Part shown: in pieces, positions 55,995 through 64,000 of the stretch
Layout of the letters: each line of letters begins with the position of its first letter
Numbering within the stretch: position 1 is the first letter of the stretch
Assembly (NCBI RefSeq): GCF_027052235.1
Contig: NZ_JALUFF010000081.1
Location: 5,136 to 69,135 of the forward strand
DNA length: 64,000 nt
From: Thermococcus sp.
GTDB lineage: Archaea; Methanobacteriota_B; Thermococci; Thermococcales; Thermococcaceae
Direction of reading: 5' to 3'
Notes under the pieces: model-generated
Databases searched by the model: none
Seen by the model: only the letters and a program-made list of their open reading frames with translations
What the model was told of the DNA's origin: nothing
Made by a program: the position numbers and the translations under genes

Positions 55995-57437
55995 ATGCGC
56001 ATCGAGGACGTCTACATCTGGGACATCAACGCGAAGTGGCTCGGAATTTCACCGCTCCAGCTCATGGAGAACGCGGGCTCTGGGGTTGCGAGGGTCATTG
56101 AAGAGCGCTTCGGCAAAGGTTTGAAGGTGGCGGTTTTCTCGGGAACTGGCAACAACGGTGGCGACGGTTTCGTTACCGCTCGGCATCTCAGCTTCGACAA
56201 CGAGGTTACCCTCTTTCTTGTCGGCGAAGAAGCGAAGATAAGGAGCGAGGAAGCTCGGCACAACTGGGAGATTCTGAAGGGCCTCGACTTCTTGGAAATC
56301 AGAGTCCTCAAGGACTCCTTCTACGTAAGGTCGCTCGACCTCTCTGGCTTTGACGTCATCGTGGATGCCCTCCTCGGGGCCGGGACGAGGGGAGAGCCGA
56401 GAGAACCGATACGCTCGGCCATCGAGAAGATAAACGAGTACGCTGGAAAGGCTAAGATAGTCAGCATCGACCTTCCGAGCGGCTACCCCTCCCAAACCCG
56501 CGTTAAAGCGGACTTCGCGGTAACTTTCCAGTGGGACAAGGAAGAGTACGAGGGTTTTGAGCGAATTGTGGTTAAAATAGGCTATCCGGGGGAGCTTCAC
56601 CACCTCGTTGGGCCGGGGGATGCGAAGTTCGCGCTGAGAAAGAAAGGCCAGCACAAGGGCCAGAACGGAAAGCTACTAGTTATAGGCGGTAGCGAGGACT
56701 ACTTCGGGGCACCTTACCTCGCCTCCAAGTCGGCTTCCTACATCGTTGACCTCGTTTATCTAGCCATGCCCGAGTATTCAGCTGGAAGGATAAGCGACCC
56801 TGACCTGATCCTCCGCCCGGTCGAGGGGAGGAACTTCACTCGGGAGCACGTCGATTACCTGATAGAACTCGCCGAAAAGGCAGATGCAGTCATCATCGGC
56901 CCGGGCCTTGGCCTCAGGGATGAAACCAAAGCCTTCGTAAGGGAGTTCGTGAAGCGCTGTGCTAAGCCAATGGTGATAGACGCCGACGGGCTGAAGGCGG
57001 TTGCCGAGGATTTAAGCGTTCTAAATGGAAAGACCTTCGTCCTAACTCCCCACGCGGGCGAGTTCAAGGCCCTCTTTGGAGCGAAGCCTGAGGGTTCGCT
57101 GGCGGAGAAAGCGAAACTCGTGATGGAGAAGGCAGTTGAAATAGGCGGTGTGATACTCCTCAAGGGACCCTACGACGTCATAAGCGACGGGAAGACGTGG
57201 AAGTACAACAAAACCGGGAACAGGGGCATGACTACCGGAGGAACCGGGGATGTCTTGGCTGGCCTCGTTGGTGCTTTACTGGCCCTCGGTAATGAACCCC
57301 TAAGGTCTGCAAGCGTTGGTGCCTTCCTGAACGGCCTCGCTGGAGATATGGTGAAGGAAGAACTCGGGGAGAACTTCACCGCGCTGGAGGTTGCTAAAAA
57401 GGTTCCAAAGGCCGTGAGGTGGGTGGAGGAGTTCTGA
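55995..57437 (+). CDS. nnr: Bifunctional NAD(P)H-hydrate epimerase/dehydratase
   Basis: LMENAG, GNNGGDG, IGPGLG, DADG, LTPHAGEF, GGTGDVLAG. Confidence 0.95.
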   Translation: MRIEDVYIWDINAKWLGISPLQLMENAGSGVARVIEERFGKGLKVAVFSGTGNNGGDGFVTARHLSFDNEVTLFLVGEEAKIRSEEARHNWEILKGLDFLEIRVLKDSFYVRSLDLSGFDVIVDALLGAGTRGEPREPIRSAIEKINEYAGKAKIVSIDLPSGYPSQTRVKADFAVTFQWDKEEYEGFERIVVKIGYPGELHHLVGPGDAKFALRKKGQHKGQNGKLLVIGGSEDYFGAPYLASKSASYIVDLVYLAMPEYSAGRISDPDLILRPVEGRNFTREHVDYLIELAEKADAVIIGPGLGLRDETKAFVREFVKRCAKPMVIDADGLKAVAEDLSVLNGKTFVLTPHAGEFKALFGAKPEGSLAEKAKLVMEKAVEIGGVILLKGPYDVISDGKTWKYNKTGNRGMTTGGTGDVLAGLVGALLALGNEPLRSASVGAFLNGLAGDMVKEELGENFTALEVAKKVPKAVRWVEEF

Positions 57438-58613
57438 TTATTCCACCTTCCAGAGGAGAATGGTTATCCCAAGCAGAGGGACACTGTAGGCCAGTGAGTA
57501 TAGTGAATGACTCACCGTAAATAGCACTATCATGGCTAGGTACATCACTAGCAGGTGCTCTTTTTCTCTGGAAGAGTAGTACAGATTTGTTGCCAGCAAT
57601 TTTCCGAGGGCAAGAATGAGAAGAGAGGTGACCCAGAATAGGACTTCCGAACCTCTCGTTAAGAGATAATAAGAGACCGGTACTATGTACGGGGCGATAA
57701 TCAACGGGATTAGGGCTTTTTTGCCTGCTTCGGCTCCTCTGCTTATAATACTCACTGCCTCCATCAATACCCACAAGGTTAACGAGAGCACTACCCCGAC
57801 TACATCGCTGTTGGATCCGTATTTTGTTGCTGTTATCATGAGGAACCACAGTAGGGCCGTGAAAATTGGTTTCCAAGTCTTTTGATCTCTTTTGTAAGCA
57901 AAAACGTGAATTGCCGCGATTGGGATTAAGAGAATAAGAGAGGGGATATCTGGAGGCCAATATCCGTATTTTAGATCCCACTGGAGACCACTTCCGATTC
58001 TTGCTATGCAAACCCCTACAAATCCTGAAAATGTAGCCAAAACTAGAGGCCCATCGATGGCATCTCCCTTGGAGGATATTTTTACTATGCCCAAGTAGAT
58101 TGCAAGGAACAGCAGGTACAGCAGTGTATCTCTGATGGGGCCCCATGCATCTTCTTTAATAGCTACTTGGGTTGAAATGGGACGGGACACGTTGTCGATT
58201 TCCACGGTGATTAAGTATTCCCTGCCCCCAAATTTGTCTATGTAGTTACCTATCACGGGCTTTCCGAAATAGTGATCGGCCATTTCATTATCGAACGTTA
58301 GAGTTATGATTATTGACCCTTTCACGTTGTGGGGATTAAGATTGAGCGAGGGGGACGGTACGGTTACGGTTCCCGGAGGTGGTCCGAGGGGCCATATCTC
58401 TTTGTTATTGAGATACACTCTCTTGAGTTTAAGGATGACCGTGTCGTTTGGATTGAGAAGTTTTAGATTTATATCACAAATCATAGGCTTGCCTATTTCT
58501 ACTGGGTTTGATATGCAGTGCATATCCCCGGTTACCTTGTCCGCTTTGGTTGGTGGGGCGAGCAAAACGACGAAAGCCAAGATAATGAGGATAAAGACGA
58601 GCGCTTTGTTCAT
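57438..58613 (-). CDS. Hypothetical membrane protein: signal peptide, beta-rich ectodomain, about 8 TM
   Basis: AT-rich ORF; hydropathy read by eye. Confidence 0.7.
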   Translation of the reverse strand: MNKALVFILIILAFVVLLAPPTKADKVTGDMHCISNPVEIGKPMICDINLKLLNPNDTVILKLKRVYLNNKEIWPLGPPPGTVTVPSPSLNLNPHNVKGSIIITLTFDNEMADHYFGKPVIGNYIDKFGGREYLITVEIDNVSRPISTQVAIKEDAWGPIRDTLLYLLFLAIYLGIVKISSKGDAIDGPLVLATFSGFVGVCIARIGSGLQWDLKYGYWPPDIPSLILLIPIAAIHVFAYKRDQKTWKPIFTALLWFLMITATKYGSNSDVVGVVLSLTLWVLMEAVSIISRGAEAGKKALIPLIIAPYIVPVSYYLLTRGSEVLFWVTSLLILALGKLLATNLYYSSREKEHLLVMYLAMIVLFTVSHSLYSLAYSVPLLGITILLWKVE

Positions 58614-58778
58614 TCTTATCCCCTGGTGGATTTAACTTAATGGAGTATCAATACTATGCTTGTTCATCGTATCTTTTTGAGTATTTAAGCTTTATGATGG
58701 TAGTTGGAGTTTGTATTCCCACAAGAGAAAAGTGCTAGATTTGCTGGAAGGTTTTGGAAAGATTTAAAAGAATATGGC

Positions 58779-60164
58779 TCACCCAACCCCGCAGTAGCTC
58801 CAGACGGAGTATCCGTATCCCCCGTTGGCCGGGTCGTAGGCTGGAGCCTCAAGGTAGACCCAGCCGTCCGAGTTGACCCACTTGTCAACCCAGCCGCCGA
58901 GGTTGCCGGTGTACTCGTGGATGCACGAGCCGGCGAACTTCGGGACGTGGACCCACTTTCCAACCCTGCTTGAGCCGAGGTTGATGTAGGTTATAAGCCC
59001 TGGCTTGTCGCCGTAGCCGTTCCTGACGAAGATGAGCTCGTCGTTATCGTAGTAGACTATACTCGTGCTCCCTCCGGCGAGGTGGTCGTGTATCCAGATG
59101 AGGTTCTTGAGCCTGTCCTTGTTGAGCCACTCCTCGTAGTCGCGGTAGAATATGACCGGCTGGCCCTCGTAGGTGAGGATGAAGGCGTAAGCTGGATACT
59201 TGTTCCAGATTATGTCCGTGTCGTGGTTGGCGACGAAGGTAACCGCCTTGAAGGGGTCGCGGGAAACGACCGTTTGACCGTTCTGGAGGGCTGAGACGAG
59301 GGCGGGAATATTATTGTTGTCGAAGGCCTCGTCCATCTTGTAGTAGAGCGGGAAGTCGAAGACCTTGGCTCCACTCGAGTAGGCCCAGTTGAGGAGGGCG
59401 TCAACGTTCGTGTCCCAGTATTCTCCAACTGCCCATCCTCCCCACCAGTTCAGCCAGTCCTTGACGACCCAGGCTCCGTAGCCCTTGACGTAGTCGAAGC
59501 GCCACGCGTCGATGCCAATGCTCCTCAGATAAGCAGCATAGCTTTCACTGCTTGCCCATAGCCAGTGCTGGTCCCAGCTTTTGGCATGGCATATGTCCGG
59601 ATAACCGCCGAAGGTTCCCTCATCGCAGCAGTGCAGGTCGTTTGGATGGAAGTCGAGATAGTTGGCGGTGTATTTGCCCGATGCAACCTTAGAGAAGTCC
59701 GTCCACGTGTAGTCGCCAACGAAGGGGTTCCACTCCCTGTCTCCGCCGGAGCGGTGGTTTATCACTATGTCGGCTATGACCTTTATCCCGTAGGCGTGGG
59801 CGGTGTTTATCATGTCAATCAATTCCTGCTTTGAGCCAAAGCGTGTCTCGACGGTTCCCTTCTGGTAGTATTCTCCCAGGTCAAAGAAGTCGTAGGGGTC
59901 GTAGCCCATTGAGTAGCCTCCGCTGGCTCCCTTCTCCGGAGGCGGAATCCATATGGCCGAGATTCCGGCGTCGTACCACTCCGGAATCTTCTCCTTTATA
60001 GTGTCCCACCAGATTCCACCGCCTGGAACGTCCCAGTAGAAGGCCTGCATTATGACCCCGCCGTCTTCGAGGCTGGAATACTTGGCCCCGCTGACCGGTG
60101 TCGTTGTCATGCCGATCGCCAGAAAGAGAAGCAACAAAACCACGAGGGCTTTTTTGGCACCCAT
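58779..60164 (-). CDS. amyA: Extracellular alpha-amylase, GH13
   Basis: Signal peptide; [35 protein letters not shown]. Confidence 0.96.
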   Translation of the reverse strand: MGAKKALVVLLLLFLAIGMTTTPVSGAKYSSLEDGGVIMQAFYWDVPGGGIWWDTIKEKIPEWYDAGISAIWIPPPEKGASGGYSMGYDPYDFFDLGEYYQKGTVETRFGSKQELIDMINTAHAYGIKVIADIVINHRSGGDREWNPFVGDYTWTDFSKVASGKYTANYLDFHPNDLHCCDEGTFGGYPDICHAKSWDQHWLWASSESYAAYLRSIGIDAWRFDYVKGYGAWVVKDWLNWWGGWAVGEYWDTNVDALLNWAYSSGAKVFDFPLYYKMDEAFDNNNIPALVSALQNGQTVVSRDPFKAVTFVANHDTDIIWNKYPAYAFILTYEGQPVIFYRDYEEWLNKDRLKNLIWIHDHLAGGSTSIVYYDNDELIFVRNGYGDKPGLITYINLGSSRVGKWVHVPKFAGSCIHEYTGNLGGWVDKWVNSDGWVYLEAPAYDPANGGYGYSVWSYCGVG

Positions 60165-60208
60165 CCACGAACACCCCTGCTCATAGCCATGCACGGATTC
60201 TCAACTTG

Positions 60209-60225
60209 TATCACTGATGGTGAAA
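60209..60225. promoter_or_regulatory. TGM of the alpha-amylase promoter
   Basis: TATCAC-TGATG-GTGAAA immediately downstream of the minus-strand TATA TTAAATA. Confidence 0.8.
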
Positions 60226-60290
60226 TATTTAAGCTTTGCTATCAATGTTCATTGGAAGACATTAAAGTACGCCAACTGAAAAGCCCCAAG

Positions 60291-60848
60291 TCAAATGTTC
60301 ATTATCCTTCTGACTTCTCTTGATTTTTCACAGAGATCGCAGCTCTGAATGAAAACGAGCATGTTGAGAAGGTGGAAAAGCTCCACCTCGCTTAACTCTA
60401 TCTCAGCCTGGGAGACCTTCTTTAGAACCGGTTGAGAGCGTTTCTCTATCTCATCCAGAACCTCCTTGGCTAGTTCGACCAGCTTCGCCCTGTCCCGTAT
60501 CTCGAAACCGGCCTTCTCCATTATCCGAACGAGCCTATCAGCCTCCACCTGAAGGTAGGCCTGTCTGAATTTCTCTATGCTCTCATCAGGGTCCGCCTTT
60601 ATGAGGAAGAGCCTTGCCGTCCTGCCGTATATCCTCTCGTTGCCTTCAACGCTTATCTCCTCAACGAGGCCCGCCCTCTCAAGAACCTTCACGTGCCGGT
60701 ATATCGTCGTTCTGTCCTTTCCAAGGGCAAGGCTGAGCTCCCCGATGCTCATCGGGCTCTTTCTGAGGAGCTGGAGGATTCTGAAGCGCGTATCATCGGA
60801 GAGTACCTTAACCCTCTCGGGCTCGGTTATTATGATGACCTCCTTCAA
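60291..60848 (-). CDS. ArsR-type winged-helix regulator
   Basis: LSDDTRFRILQLL...TTIYRHVKVLERAGLV. Confidence 0.88.
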   Translation of the reverse strand: MKEVIIITEPERVKVLSDDTRFRILQLLRKSPMSIGELSLALGKDRTTIYRHVKVLERAGLVEEISVEGNERIYGRTARLFLIKADPDESIEKFRQAYLQVEADRLVRIMEKAGFEIRDRAKLVELAKEVLDEIEKRSQPVLKKVSQAEIELSEVELFHLLNMLVFIQSCDLCEKSREVRRIMNI

Positions 60849-60851
60849 AAC

Positions 60852-61154
60852 TCACTCCTCCAGCTTGTCCTGTGGGGTTTCTTCTTCCTCGATGATTTTC
60901 CTTCCGGCGGCGACCATGTCTATGCTGTGAACTACGCCACCGAACTCCTCTATAGTTCTGACTATCTCGTCGTAGTCGAGGTTGTCCCCGACTATGGTTA
61001 TCTTGACGTTCTCAGTTTCCTTGTCTATCTCGACGAGGGTTATGTTTACCCCCTCAACCCCCTCAAGCTCGCTCAAGCCGAGGGCCAGCTCCGTCACTAT
61101 CGGCTGGTGGGGCTTTAAAACGTCAAGAACCAAGAGCCTTATTCCCTTTGCCAT
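60852..61154 (-). CDS. DUF211 family protein
   Basis: RLLVLDVLKPH...GGVVHSIDMVAAG. Confidence 0.85.
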   Translation of the reverse strand: MAKGIRLLVLDVLKPHQPIVTELALGLSELEGVEGVNITLVEIDKETENVKITIVGDNLDYDEIVRTIEEFGGVVHSIDMVAAGRKIIEEEETPQDKLEE

Positions 61155-61159
61155 TCCCC

Positions 61160-61741
61160 TCACCGCTCTATTCCGAGTATCTCACCCAGCCTGCGGACGA
61201 GGGATATGAACTCCTCATCACGGCCCATCCTGGCCATGGCGAGCCATTCGATGGCATGAATTATGTCCTCGTCCGAGAAGTCCTTCAGTTTCTCCTCGTT
61301 GGCCTCTATCTCCTTCGATATCTCAGTCTTGTACTCGTGCTCCTTCTCAAGGAGCCTGTCCATAACGTCCAGCAGTTCCTCCTCGTCGAATTCATAGCCT
61401 AAGGCCTTGAATATCTCAAGCTTCGTCTTCAGCTTTGAGCGGGCGAAGTAGCGGAGCTCCTCGTCGCCGAGGTAGAGGTTGATATAGAACGCATCCGCTG
61501 TTCTGCCGTAGTACTTCTCCACGAGGTTGCCCTTCATCTCAGTCCTCTTGACCTCAACCAAACCCGCCTCCTTGAGCTTCTCGATGTGGTGGTATATCGT
61601 CTGGGGGGTCTTCCCGAGTATCTCGCTGAGCTGGGAAATCGTCATTTCCCTGTTCCTAAGGAGGGCCAGTATCTTCCTTCTCGTATCCTCAAGCATGAGT
61701 TTTATCACTTTCGGGTCTGTGATTACCTTAACTTTGGTCAT
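61160..61741 (-). CDS. ArsR-type winged-helix regulator
   Basis: LEDTRRKIL...PQTIYHHIEKLKEAGLV...YYGRTA. Confidence 0.88.
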   Translation of the reverse strand: MTKVKVITDPKVIKLMLEDTRRKILALLRNREMTISQLSEILGKTPQTIYHHIEKLKEAGLVEVKRTEMKGNLVEKYYGRTADAFYINLYLGDEELRYFARSKLKTKLEIFKALGYEFDEEELLDVMDRLLEKEHEYKTEISKEIEANEEKLKDFSDEDIIHAIEWLAMARMGRDEEFISLVRRLGEILGIER

Positions 61742-61754
61742 CTGTCCCACCCCA

Positions 61755-61785
61755 TTTTAACGTTCTAATGTGATTTTTAACGTTC
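61755..61785. promoter_or_regulatory. Direct repeat TTTTAACGTTC x2, 20-bp period (candidate operator)
   Basis: Copies at 61755-65 and 61775-85, between the TATA and the start of the wHTH operon. Confidence 0.55.
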
Positions 61786-61915
61786 ATCAGCATTTAACCT
61801 TTTCTCTCCCACAAAAGTTTATATATGTAAAGGTCAGGCCGGTTAATGAGCGGGATAAAAAGTCCATCGGGAACGCTTAAATAGGCCTTCCCGAAAAAAC
61901 TTCGGAGGTGATAGG

Positions 61916-63325
61916 ATGGAAAGACCGAACCTCGACTTCCTGTTCTATCCGAGAAGTGTCGCGGTCATAGGAGCATCCCACGTCCCCGGAAAGGTCGGCA
62001 ACGCAATAATGCGCTCCATAACGCTCCGCTTTGGCGGAAAGGTCTACGCCGTCAACGTCAAGGGCGGCGAGATAGAGGTCAACGGGAGGAAGTTCAAGGT
62101 TTACAGAAGCATAAAGGAGGTTCCCGACGAGGTCGACGTCGCAGTTATAGCGGTTCCGGCGAAGTTCGTGCCGGATGTTATAGACGAGTGCGGTGAGAAG
62201 GGCGTTAAAGGCGCCGTTGTCATAAGCGCGGGCTTTAAGGAGGCCGGGAGGGCCGATTTAGAGGAAGAACTCGTCAGAAGGGCCAAGAAGTGGGGCATCC
62301 GCGTCGTCGGTCCGAACTGTTTGGGAGTTACCAATCTTGAGAACGGCTTCGACTGCAACTTCAACCCGCCGGAGAGGCAGGCGAGACCACCTTTCGGGAA
62401 GGTCGCCTTCATGAGCCAGAGCGGTGCCTTTGGCGCGGCAATCCTCGACTGGGCCGCCAGAGAAAAGATAGGCATGAGCAAGTTCATCAGCCTCGGCAAC
62501 ATGGCCGATTTGGACGAGAGCGACTTCATGGCCTACCTCGGCGACGACCCCAAGACGGGTGTCATAACCGGCTACATCGAGGGCGTTAAGGACGGGAGGA
62601 AGTTCTTCAACACCGCTAAGGAGGTCACCCTCAAGAAGCCGGTCGTTATACTCAAGAGCGGAAGAACCGAGGCCGGAGCTAAGGCGGCAGCTTCCCACAC
62701 CGGTTCGCTCGCCGGTGCCTACAGGATTTATCAGGCGGCCTTCGAGCAGACCGGTGTCTTAGAGGCGAAAAGCATGAGACAGCTCTTCAACTACGCCAAG
62801 GCTTTGGCCATGCAGAGGCCAGCAAAGGGCAACCGAGTGGCTATAGTTACCAACGGCGGCGGCGCCGGCGTCATGATGAGCGATGGTCTGCTTGAGCGTG
62901 GAATGAAGCTCGCCGAGCTGAGCGAGGAAACTATAGAGAAGTTTAAGCGGGACATCGAGGCAGGAAAGCTCCCGGAGCACATGAGCTATAAGAATCCGAT
63001 TGATGTCATCGGCGATGCCCCATCGAGCAGGTATGAGATAGCCATGCGCTACGCTTTGGAGGACGAAAACGTTGACGTTCTCGTCGTTATAGCGCTCTTC
63101 CAGAGTCCGGCTCTCGACGAGGGCATCGTTGAGGCCATGGAGAGAATGAAGGCCTACGGCAAGCCGATGGTCTTCATAGCGCCAGGTGGAGACTACCCGC
63201 ACAAGATGGCCAGGAACATCGAGATGAAGGGGATTCCAGTTTACGAGACCGTTGAAGACGGCGTCGATGGGGTCTACGCCCTCGTTAAATACGGCGAATG
63301 GCTGAGGGAAAACGGGAGGCTTTGA
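61916..63325 (+). CDS. acdA: ADP-forming acyl-CoA synthetase, alpha subunit
   Basis: SVAVIGAS, VGPNCLG, SQSGA, AAASHTGSLAG (phospho-His), NPIDV. Confidence 0.93.
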   Translation: MERPNLDFLFYPRSVAVIGASHVPGKVGNAIMRSITLRFGGKVYAVNVKGGEIEVNGRKFKVYRSIKEVPDEVDVAVIAVPAKFVPDVIDECGEKGVKGAVVISAGFKEAGRADLEEELVRRAKKWGIRVVGPNCLGVTNLENGFDCNFNPPERQARPPFGKVAFMSQSGAFGAAILDWAAREKIGMSKFISLGNMADLDESDFMAYLGDDPKTGVITGYIEGVKDGRKFFNTAKEVTLKKPVVILKSGRTEAGAKAAASHTGSLAGAYRIYQAAFEQTGVLEAKSMRQLFNYAKALAMQRPAKGNRVAIVTNGGGAGVMMSDGLLERGMKLAELSEETIEKFKRDIEAGKLPEHMSYKNPIDVIGDAPSSRYEIAMRYALEDENVDVLVVIALFQSPALDEGIVEAMERMKAYGKPMVFIAPGGDYPHKMARNIEMKGIPVYETVEDGVDGVYALVKYGEWLRENGRL

Positions 63326-63337
63326 GCCCCATTTTCT

Positions 63338-63775
63338 TCATTTCTGCAGTATCTGGAGCCCGACTACCCTTTTGAAGTCGTCATCGAACGTGGCGATTTT
63401 TTCTATGCCATAGAACTCGCAGGTGGCCGCTATGAGTGCGTCGTTTGGGAGGAGGTGATATTTCTCAATCACGTTCTTCGAGCGGCTAACTATCTCTGCA
63501 TTGAGGTCAAGGGTGCTGAAGAGTGACAGTAACTCAAAAACTGGTTCCAAGTCGATTTTGGAGAGCACGTGTGGCTTTTTCTTTATCTCATAGGATTTCA
63601 TTCCAGTGCTTGCCTTTATGTAGAAAAAGAGAACCTCAGATGCCACTATTGGATTTATAAATCCCCTGATTTTGCTGTCTTCGACGTCTCTGATCAGTTT
63701 TTTAGCCTCTTCTATGCCGCCGAGGTGGTATATGAGGACGTTGGAGTCAAAGAAAACGTTGTCCTTACCACTCAT
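63338..63775 (-). CDS. vapC: VapC PIN-domain toxin
   Basis: FFDSNVLI, LLPNDALIAA, ATFDDDF. Confidence 0.9.
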   Translation of the reverse strand: MSGKDNVFFDSNVLIYHLGGIEEAKKLIRDVEDSKIRGFINPIVASEVLFFYIKASTGMKSYEIKKKPHVLSKIDLEPVFELLSLFSTLDLNAEIVSRSKNVIEKYHLLPNDALIAATCEFYGIEKIATFDDDFKRVVGLQILQK

Positions 63776-63956
63776 CTTCAATCTCCTCAATAATCCTGTC
63801 AATATCCTTTTTGCTGAGCTTTACAACCCCGAACGTCCTCTCGGAAATTCTCCTTGGGATTATCTTCACCCTGACCTCGCTTCCCTCAGGGATCTTCAGC
63901 CTCTTCTTGGGCTTCAGTACGCCGTTTTCGTAAACGGCATCGACGATGACTTCCAT
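63765..63956 (-). CDS. DUF104/AF2212-type antitoxin (VapB)
   Basis: VDAVYENGVLKPKKRLKIPEG signature; overlaps the vapC start. Confidence 0.88.
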   Translation of the reverse strand: MEVIVDAVYENGVLKPKKRLKIPEGSEVRVKIIPRRISERTFGVVKLSKKDIDRIIEEIEDEW

Positions 63957-64000
63957 CCTCCCACCGTTTTTGAGTTGGCGTTGATGTTTGATAAGGATTT

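Noticed and set aside
57394-58146. 250-aa plus-strand ORF
   Set aside because: Antisense to the 391-aa membrane protein, which has a coherent signal peptide and TM pattern

Overview
Archaeal chromosome segment; the gene set, GGAGGTGA RBS, TATA/BRE promoters, TGM boxes and a CGP-CTERM protein point to Thermococcales, probably Thermococcus. In order: a 5'-truncated AglB/STT3 oligosaccharyltransferase, then a sulfate-activation cluster (RHH, sat, DHH phosphatase, alkaline-phosphatase-superfamily enzyme, toxin-antitoxin pair, cysC, TSUP exporter); tRNA-Glu/tRNA-Ile with a hairpin-bounded element; elp3, an archaeal ATPase and Nif3; an all-minus-strand cluster at 15.9-23.0 kb; alaS, hisS, two box C/D sRNA candidates; a starch-use block (GH57 glucanotransferase, large secreted repeat protein, GH13 alpha-amylase, TGM operators); mfnA, an MMPL transporter with PadR, eno, deoC with a family-4 encapsulin-like gene, a class-III aminotransferase, nnr, an acdA paralogue and a VapBC pair. 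The main discovery is in the 15.9-23.0 kb cluster. A radical SAM/SPASM maturase is followed by two small ORFs missing from the ORF track (46 aa at 19549-19689, 59 aa at 19355-19534). They share a 15-aa leader, and all 12 of their Cys residues have Asp/Glu at +3 or +4. With two flanking ABC exporters this looks like an archaeal ranthipeptide-type (PapB/freyrasin-like) RiPP cluster on an AT-rich cassette. All family assignments come from motif recognition; no database searches were run.
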